DNA from: the human T2T-CHM13v2.0 reference genome, Homo sapiens
Assembly (NCBI RefSeq): GCF_009914755.1
Contig: NC_060944.1
Length of the DNA stretch: 64,000 nucleotides
Reading direction: 5' to 3' (one strand)
This document shows, in pieces, positions 55,031-64,000 of the stretch (positions are counted from its first letter, which is position 1; each line of letters opens with the position of its first letter). Under the pieces are notes generated by a model. The model was not told where the DNA came from. It saw only the letters and a program-made list of their open reading frames with translations, and searched no databases. A program made the translations under genes and the position numbers.

Positions 55031-55180
55031 CTAACCATGGCCACAATGAAGTCATCAGGTCCCATGATCAGCACCTGGGCAGCCGTGGGAGCTCCGTCTA
55101 GTTCATAGACAGGCAGGAGTGGGGCAGGGGCTGCCTGGGAGTCATTGATATGGCCCCGGAGGTAGGCGGCCTCCACCTTG
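55031..55180 (-). CDS. GGT7: GGT7 exon spanning the heavy/light-chain junction (..DGAPTAAQVLIMG..)
   Basis: tttcag|C ... AG|gtatgc; 150 nt. Confidence 0.95.
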
Positions 55181-55611
55181 CTGAAAAGACAAGGGGTGGG
55201 AGATGAGCAAACAACAGGCTCTCAATACACCCCACCTACCTCACTTTTGTGGTGTTTGTGTAATTATTTGATGAAATCTACCTCCCTCACTGGACTACTA
55301 GGTCTATGAGTGCAGAAGCTCATTAATTGCACATAAGAAATACCCAGAAAATAGCTGTTGAATGTATTTAGGTATTATTTAGATTCTTTTCTGGAACCAA
55401 CTTTTATTTAATGTTTAAATCAAGAGCCTTTTAGTTATCTGACTTCTTAATCCTTTCTATGAAAGTGCCTGGTGCATAATGGATCAGAAAATATTTGCTT
55501 TGAATTAACAAACTGGATTCATTTAAACTAATGTTTGTAGTCTAAAGTTTTATTAAGAGTTTAGTTGGGGGAGGATTTTGTATATGAGGATTTTTTTTTT
55601 CTTCCTAATGA

Positions 55612-55755
<144 letters not shown>

Positions 55756-55758
55756 TAA

Positions 55759-55929
<171 letters not shown>

Positions 55930-55979
55930 TAAGTGCTCAATAACTATTTACTGGATGAACTGGTTGAATAGATTTCATA

Positions 55980-55982
<3 letters not shown>

Positions 55983-56024
<42 letters not shown>
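55983..56024. repeat. (GT)21 microsatellite
   Basis: Direct count. Confidence 0.95.
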
Positions 56025-56027
<3 letters not shown>

Positions 56028-56088
56028 AGAGCAAAGTTTGCATTGACCTTAGAAACAATATGTAATGCTCCAGACTTTTAAAAATTCA

Positions 56089-56241
<153 letters not shown>

Positions 56242-56483
56242 CTAATAACTATGTGTTGGATTATCCATAGCTGATTAGAGAATAAGTTACCAAAGATTAC
56301 TTGAAGACATTTATTCAATTTTCAACCAAACAAAGCTTTACATGTATGATTTTGTTTAGTCCTTACCACAACCTTACAAGGTTGATACCATTATTGTCAA
56401 GCCCCCTTGTAGAAACAGATTTAGAGAGTTTAAACCACTTGCCCAAGGCTGCACAGCTAGCGAAGGGTCAAGCTGGAATTTGA

Positions 56484-56702
<219 letters not shown>

Positions 56703-57172
56703 TGACTAGCTGGGACTACAGGCACGCGCCACCACGCCCGGCTAATTTTTGTATTTTTAGTAGAGGCAGGGTTTCACTATGTTGGTCAGGCTGGTCTCAA
56801 ACTCTTGACCTCAGGTGATCCACCCGCCTTGGCCTCCCAAAGTACTGGGATTACAGGCGTGAGCCACCGTGCCTGGCTTTTGTTTGGTATTGAGCTTTCT
56901 TTTCCTACTCAAAAGGAGGAGCAGATGGGCTTATATAGGTGCTATGCTAGCCTCAAAAAAATTTAAGAGCCACATGAAGTAAGCCAACTCATTGTGCTGA
57001 TAGGAAAGGTGAGGTGCAGGGAGAGGCACCCAGTGTCACGTTGTGAGTTGGGGTTGAGCTGAAATTGACTTAGGATTTCAGGCCTTTATTGCTATACCAG
57101 CTGCTTTTCTCCTGACCCTTTCCCCACACCCACCGCTGCCTCTGTAGCCCCCAGGTCCTGCCCAAGACCCAC

Positions 57173-57261
57173 CTGAGCATGTCATCCATGCTCTCAGTGA
57201 TGGTAGAATCATAGACGGGATCTCCCAGTCTGCTGGCCAGGGCTAATGCAATCTTCAGGGT
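57173..57261 (-). CDS. GGT7: GGT7 exon (TLKIALALASRLGDPVYDSTITESMDDML)
   Basis: tttcag|ACC ... AG|gtgggt; 89 nt. Confidence 0.95.
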
Positions 57262-57437
57262 CTGAAAATACAGCAGGGATATGGAAGAGGCTGCCAGGCC
57301 CCTCCCAGAACCCACACCCAGTGGACTTTCGTGTGTGAGAAAACTTGGAGGGGATTTAGTCCTGCCCTATGGCAGTACCCAATCTCCCCACTCCTAATAT
57401 CCTTAAATCCAGGGAAAGGCAGACGGGTCAGCCTTAC

Positions 57438-57565
57438 CTCTGCCACCCAGTGAAGAGCCTGTTCTCGGGATACCAGGCTGGTGAGATTGAAGCCCTCCAG
57501 GATGTTGAGAGCACTGATGAGGGCAGGGCCCGTGTGCGGAGGTGGGGGACTAAGAACCAGGTGGC
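57438..57565 (-). CDS. GGT7: GGT7 exon (HLVLSPPPPHTGPALISALNILEGF..HWVAE)
   Basis: tttcag|GC ... GAG|gtaagg; 128 nt. Confidence 0.95.
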
Positions 57566-58431
57566 CTGAAAGGACAGGAAGTGACTGATGGCAGGGTAGG
57601 GGTCAAGGCACCTTCACATCCCACATCCCATCTCCACATTCCACCATCACACACTGAGACCACTGCGCTGAACTCCCTCACCAGATGGGGAAACTGAAAC
57701 ATTGAGAGGCAAAGAGACTCATTCAAGTTCACATGGCAAGTCAAGGGCAGGGCCAGGACTTGAACTCAGAACACTGGTCTTCAGTTTCCTCTGCCATTTG
57801 AGAAAACTAAGGCTCAAGAGGGCTGTGGCTTGCCCAGAGTCACACTGCAGGCTATCAGCAGAGCACAGCAGAAACAGGTGACCAGATGTTCATATTCCTG
57901 GCCTGTCATGTGTCTCCTTTTAGCTCTCCCATAGGCCAGGATATTATCCATGACTCCTGATGGTCTCATCCAGCCCCAAACTTCTTGGCAGCAGCAACCT
58001 TCTCTTCCTATTCTGTTACTAGATGTTTGGACATCAAAGGAATAATAGCTGATGCATAACACTAACATTAACTCATTTAGTCCTCACTGTGGCTACTGTT
58101 ATCACACATATTTGATAGGTCCAGAAACTGTGGTACAGAGAGACAAGGGGAATCCAGAGCACTCAAGGTACTAGCATTGTTGAGACAACCCAGGCTGGGA
58201 AGGGGAAATGGAAAATCTATATTCAGTGCATGCTCTGATCAGGGCAACTTCCTACATCATCTCATCAAATCCTTATGGGCATCCTAAGATGTAGGCACTA
58301 TTATTATTTCCATTTTAAGGAGGGAACCAAGGCTCAGAGTGGGAAGTAGCTTGTTCAAGGTAAATGGCACAGTTGGTACTCAAACCCAGGTCTTCCTAGC
58401 TCCAACGCTACGCTTGTTCTTTTTTCTTTTC

Positions 58432-58457
58432 TGTGTGTGTGTGTGTGTGTGTGTGTG
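58432..58457. repeat. (TG)13 in the tail of an Alu (58458-58733, -)
   Basis: Direct count. Confidence 0.9.
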
Positions 58458-58579
58458 ATAATGGTCTCACTCTGTCACCCAGGCTGTAGTGCAGTGGCAC
58501 AATCATGCTTACTGCAGCCTTGACCTCCCAGGCTCAAGCAATCCTCCCATCTCAACCTCCTGAGTAGCTAGGACTATAG

Positions 58580-58795
<216 letters not shown>

Positions 58796-59447
58796 TGAGG
58801 CCTGGAAAGTTGAACTCAGAGAAACCCTTTCCTGGGGCTTGATGTGATCTGGCTCTCCTAGAAGGGAAAGAACCTGAGAATCTTCTGAGAAATCCAGCAC
58901 CTACCACCTTGGGTTCAGTAAACATGGACCCCACCCATGTCATAAGCTTGGTTTTCTGGGTTCCCTGTTGGTTTTCTTGAGTTTGGCCAGTTGTTATATT
59001 CCCTCCTCGGGCCTCAATTTCTTTTTGGCACTATGAGGAGCTGGGTCTATGACTGTCTTGAAAGGTTCATTCTACTGTGAAGCTTGGATGGACTTTGTCT
59101 TAAAAATTCTTAGGAAGTACAGGGCAGTGACAGCGCTGCTGGGGAAAGGGCAGAGGCAACACAGAGCCCAAATCAAGAAAACCTATGGCCAGAACCCCAA
59201 CTTCCAGGTTGGACCCTTTGACCAGGTCCACCCCCCAATATCCTAAATACTTGGGGTAACTGACCCCACAGCTACTTTTCAGAAGGTGGGCTGACTCTGG
59301 TTTGCTTCAACAGTTGACTGCCCAGGTAGCTCACTGCCTTAGTTTCTCTCCTGTGAAATGGAGAGGAGTCTCTAGGCCAAAACGATGTGGCCATGGACTG
59401 GGAGGCTTCTCCTGAGGGGGGACCCTGGGAGCCGGGGGAGAGGTCAC

Positions 59448-59535
59448 CTCTGTACACGCCACACACAGGCTTCTCCACAAGGGCGCTGTAATTGCTGAAG
59501 TCCTCTTCGGTTATGACACCCCCTGCGTGCTGAGC
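59448..59535 (-). CDS. GGT7: GGT7 exon (AQHAGGVITEEDFSNYSALVEKPVCGVYR)
   Basis: ctccag|GCT ... AGAG|gtgacc; 88 nt. Confidence 0.95.
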
Positions 59536-59938
59536 CTGGAGGGAAGAGAATGAGGGAATGACCTCCCACCACTGTGACATGGTGGTTTTGGCCTATAACA
59601 CGTTTGGATCACAGACAGATCAGCTGTTTATAACTTCTGTGCCTTCTGCAACCCCCATCGTGGCCTTTAGAGACCCCATTATCCCTAGACACCTCAGGAA
59701 AAAGGAAGGGGGAAAAGCACTAACATTGAGCACCTATCATGTGCCAGGCATCACACTGGGTACATTCCATGAATGACCTCCTTAGCTTGCCATTCAAGAC
59801 TTTTTGTGATCTGGCCCCAGCCTACCCCTCCCACCTCATGTCCTGCTGTTCCCCAGTGAGCTCTATGCAGCTGCAGAGTGACCTGCAGTTCCTGAACTCA
59901 TGCCTTCGTGTCTTTGTACCTGCTGCTCTCTCTGCCTA

Positions 59939-60648
59939 TGTAAAAGGAAGGTTTTCTACTTATGGCACACTTGCCTAGGAGATACCAAAACTGAATGCTG
60001 CATCTCACCACAACCAACTAAAGCCACTAGAAAACCATGACTTTGAGTGATCCTAGAAGGACTGACCCTTATTGGACATAACCAAGCCCTCATTATTGAC
60101 CAATGAACCAATCTTGTACAAACCAATGGGCTCATTCCATCCTATCCAGTGTGCTGTCAACCCTAAATTAGCATAACCACTCTGAATCCTTTCCTTTTTT
60201 GTACCTTATAGTACTTGAAACCCTTGAGTTATCTATCTTCAGAGAATTACACATTGATTTTTTTTTTTTTTTTTTTTGAGGCAGGGTCTCATTCTGTCGC
60301 CCAGGCTGGAATGCAGTGGCACGATCATGGCTCACTGTAGCCTCAACCTTCCCAGGCTCAGATGATCCTCCTGCCTCAGCCTCCTGAGTAGCTGGGACTA
60401 CAGGCACATGCCACCACACCTGGCTAATGTTTGTATGTTTTGTAGAGATGGGGTCTCACTATGTTGCCCAGGCTGGTCTCAAACTCCTGAGCTCAAGTGA
60501 TCCACCCATCTTGGCCTCCCAAAGTGGGGATTACAGGCATGAGCCACCATGGCCTGGCCCATTTGAATTCTTGAGTTCCTTTTTCTGGCAAGTTAATAAA
60601 CTCAACTTTGGGTTTCTTTTTATCAAAGATCTGATGGTCTTTGTTACA
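59939..60648 (+). mobile_element. Solo-LTR-like element (family unassigned) split by an Alu (60257-60559)
   Basis: TGTAAA...TGTTACA termini; CCAAT cluster; AATAAA at 60595-60600; no clear TSD. Confidence 0.5.
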
Positions 60649-60684
60649 ATCTCCTGCATTCCCTTTGCCACCTCCAGGAAAGGG

Positions 60685-61045
60685 CACACAACCCAGGCCT
60701 GGCCAATTGGGGCATTCCCTTCTGTGCCACAGTGATTGATTTGGGAATAGTCATGAAACCTATGATGAGCTAATAAGACACAACCTGGAGGCTTTTGCTG
60801 GAACTACTGGGAAGGAAAAATGCTCTTTCTCTGGGATAGCTTGCTGGAAGGATGGCCTGATATGGGCTGGTGGGGAGCAGGTGGAAAGGATCTGAGAGTG
60901 AATCCAAACAAAGGAAAGTAGAGTTGAGAGAGAGAGAAAGAGAAAGAGGGAGAGCAAATCCTAACACAGTGGATTGATAATCTGGACACAGAAGAATCTA
61001 AAGCCAGTAATCTCCTGGACTTTCCAGTTAAGTCTGTTTGAGTCT
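60685..61045 (+). mobile_element. Old MLT1-type LTR remnant
   Basis: ACCCAGGCCTGGCCAAT..TTTTGCTGGAACTACTGGGAA..CCTGGACTTT. Confidence 0.5.
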
Positions 61046-61535
61046 ATCGCCACATCCAGTGCCCAGCATAGGGCTTGGCACAGAGCAGGCACTCTGTGAA
61101 TGTTGAATGAATAACAGACCTATTTAATTCCCACAACTGTATGGCAGAGACAGATATAATCATCCCCATTGCTCAGATGAGAGAACCACTGAGTTGGTCT
61201 ATGCATCCTTACCATGAACTTAATTTTCCATTAGGACTTTTGCACTATTAATGACAGTTCTCACATCTGTTACTGCCTGAGACTGGGACTCTTTGGGATT
61301 GGATGGTAAACTTCTGTGTCAATCTCCCCAGTCTTGATACTCAACAATGAAAGAGGTGCTTCCCTCAGTCCCTAGAAAACCCAAAAGCAGGGAAGGATTG
61401 TGAGCTTAGGGAAGCTGAGGCCGATACTGGGTCTCCACCAGGCCTGGGAGGGACATGACAAGCCCCTGCACAGGCTGGCATCACCCCTGAGAAGCCCAAA
61501 GGTACCTCTGAATCAAGACAGAACACTTCTGGCTA

Positions 61536-61840
<305 letters not shown>

Positions 61841-62084
61841 TCATCCCAGGAGGTTTTTCATGTCATATCCCAGTCAGCTCCTCCCAGCCCCACCAACCAC
61901 TGATCTGATTTCTGTCACTAGAGGTTAGTTTTGACTATTCTAGAATTTCAAATGAACATAATCCACAGTAAATAATATAGAAAGAAAGGGAGGGAGGGAG
62001 GGAAGGAAGGAAAAAATGCGGACGCGGATGTCCTGCAATAGGGACCTTGGGGCATGCCCCCACCCGCACAACACGAGCACTTAC

Positions 62085-62281
62085 CTCGGCCACCATCTCC
62101 AGTGTGAGGTTGCCACCTGCGTAGAAGGCAGCCGGGCCGGAGGTGCCAAGTACATCCAGCACCTCAGCCAGGTCGGGCCGATGCAGCAACGAGCCAGGTA
62201 GTGGCGGGCGGCCCGATGGCAGGAACGTCTCCCGGAAGCGCTCGGACATGTTGGGTGGCAGCTGTTCAGCCAGGGCACGGG
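62085..62281 (-). CDS. GGT7: GGT7 exon (ARALAEQLPPNMSERFRETFLP...GGNLTLEMVAE)
   Basis: cctag|CC ... GAG|gtaagt; 197 nt. Confidence 0.95.
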
Positions 62282-62610
62282 CTAGGGGCAGGGACGGGAG
62301 GCTGGGCAGGGCGGGACGCCAGGACTGGACCGGATGAGACGCGCAATAGATGGGGTAGATGGGGGCTGAGTGGCCCACCCTAAGTGCCCTGACCCCCAGG
62401 AGCCTGTTAAGTGCGAGGCAGGGATGTCTAAGGGCCCTTCCCAGACCCCCTCGTTTGAGGCCGCCTCCAGGTGAGGGTGGGATAAGGTGGGGAGGGGGTC
62501 TGAGGAGCAAACTGGAAGAGAGGGCCTCTCTGGCTTGGGCTCCAAATCTCAAAGATTCTACCCTTCTCCATCAACCTCATGTCTCTCCCAAATCCCCAGG
62601 CCCCACTGAC

Positions 62611-62684
62611 CTAGATCATGAGTCACGTTGAAGCCATCTTGGGCCACAGCTGCTGCAAAGGCCAGGACTTGGGACCATGGCAGC
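62611..62684 (-). CDS. GGT7: GGT7 exon (RLPWSQVLAFAAAVAQDGFNVTHDL)
   Basis: cccag|G ... CTAG|gtcagt; 74 nt. Confidence 0.95.
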
Positions 62685-62895
62685 CTGGGGGGGCCGGAGA
62701 GCAGGGGGTGGAGGAGGTCCTGGGGGAATGAGGAGGGGTCCGGGGGGAGGGGGGTTCCTGGGAAGGAGAGTCCTGGCAAGGGAAGGGGATATTAGGAGGG
62801 GGAGTTGGGAAAGGAAGAATCCAGGGAAGTAGGAGAAGGCCACCCAAGGAGAGATGCAAACGGGGGTCCCTGGTCCCCAGGGGGAGGGTTGTTAC

Positions 62896-62963
62896 CTGCC
62901 ATAGAGCTGGTGAGCTTCATGTAGCCCCTTCACCATTCCGGGAACCCCCACCAAGAGCCCAGG
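62896..62963 (-). CDS. GGT7: GGT7 exon (PGLLVGVPGMVKGLHEAHQLYG); upstream exons lie beyond the window
   Basis: cccag|CCT ... GCAG|gtaaca; 68 nt; VGVPG is a GGT motif. The 11 exons sum to 1314 nt (438 codons) in one frame. Confidence 0.95.
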
Positions 62964-63217
62964 CTGGGCAAGGCGGGTAGGCGAGGGAGAGAGGAGACCA
63001 GGTCACTGGAAGGGGGGTGCTGGGCTGAACTCCGCAGAGCCCCAAGCCAGGGATGGCTGGCACAGGGGAGAGACACAGGCCAAGTATCCCAGGGGAGGGA
63101 CAAGCTTTCCCAAGCAGGCACCCCTCCCATCTCCCTGACTTCCTATCAGCAAATGCAGAAAGGCCTCTTTTAGCTGCCGTAGTTGGGGGATTTATAAATT
63201 AAGCAAAACTCTTTTAA

Positions 63218-63616
<399 letters not shown>

Positions 63617-64000
63617 TGAGCTCTGAAGACTCAGGGGTGTGTTTGGCTTTTGCCACCGCACTAAGTACCCATTTTTCCAAGTTATTCGATATCTTCTTTT
63701 TCTTTCAGCAGACAGTTGGTTTACTTCTGGCAATTCCCCTCTAATCTTCCAATATATCAAGGGCTGGGAAAGTTATAGTCAACTGGCTCAGAGTGAGATG
63801 TGTGAGTTTCATTGCATCAACTTCGTGACATTTCAGGGTACTCAGTAGCCTTTTTTCTTCCTTCCCACGTGCCAGATAGGTAAGATTCCCAGAGAAGTAA
63901 GGTTCCAGATTTTCTAGTTCATTATTTTATCTTGGGGGCTGCCTGACTCTCTCATAGCCTAAGAGAATCCTGCTCAACTCTTTTTCCCACTCCCCTGGTA

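Noticed and set aside
61935-62552. 205-aa ORF as a separate gene
   Set aside because: One GGT7 exon (62085-62281) extended into GC-rich introns

Overview
Alu-dense primate DNA, recognised from memory as human 20q11.22. It carries three loci, all on the minus strand. (1) The 3' part of GGT7: 11 coding exons at 47970-62963 join through GT-AG sites into one frame of 437 aa plus stop, followed by a 3'UTR to about 47360. (2) A processed HMGB3 pseudogene (HMGB3P1, 36193-37129) with a poly(A) remnant, a 16-bp target-site duplication (TSD) and an internal Alu. (3) The CpG-island promoter and non-coding first exon of NCOA6 (about 28115-28295), with intron 1 running off the left edge. The NCOA6 identity rests on synteny and recall because no NCOA6 coding exon lies in the window. 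The remainder is about 65-70 Alus (counted by eye), old L1M/L2/MIR pieces, MaLR LTRs and hAT MITEs. Almost all ORFs in the supplied track are Alu, L1 or CpG-island artefacts. I found no CRISPR array, RNA gene or new multi-gene system. The best leads are RNA-processing features: the GGT7 terminal exon regenerates its own 5' splice site and hides an 87-nt candidate 3'UTR intron beside a (GUG)14 repeat; a 70-nt NCOA6 5'UTR cassette exon carries a complete strong-Kozak uORF; and HMGB3P1 records an mRNA polyadenylated about 17 nt after its stop codon. GGT7 also shows a degenerate active site. Repeat subfamily names are by-eye calls and their boundaries are approximate.
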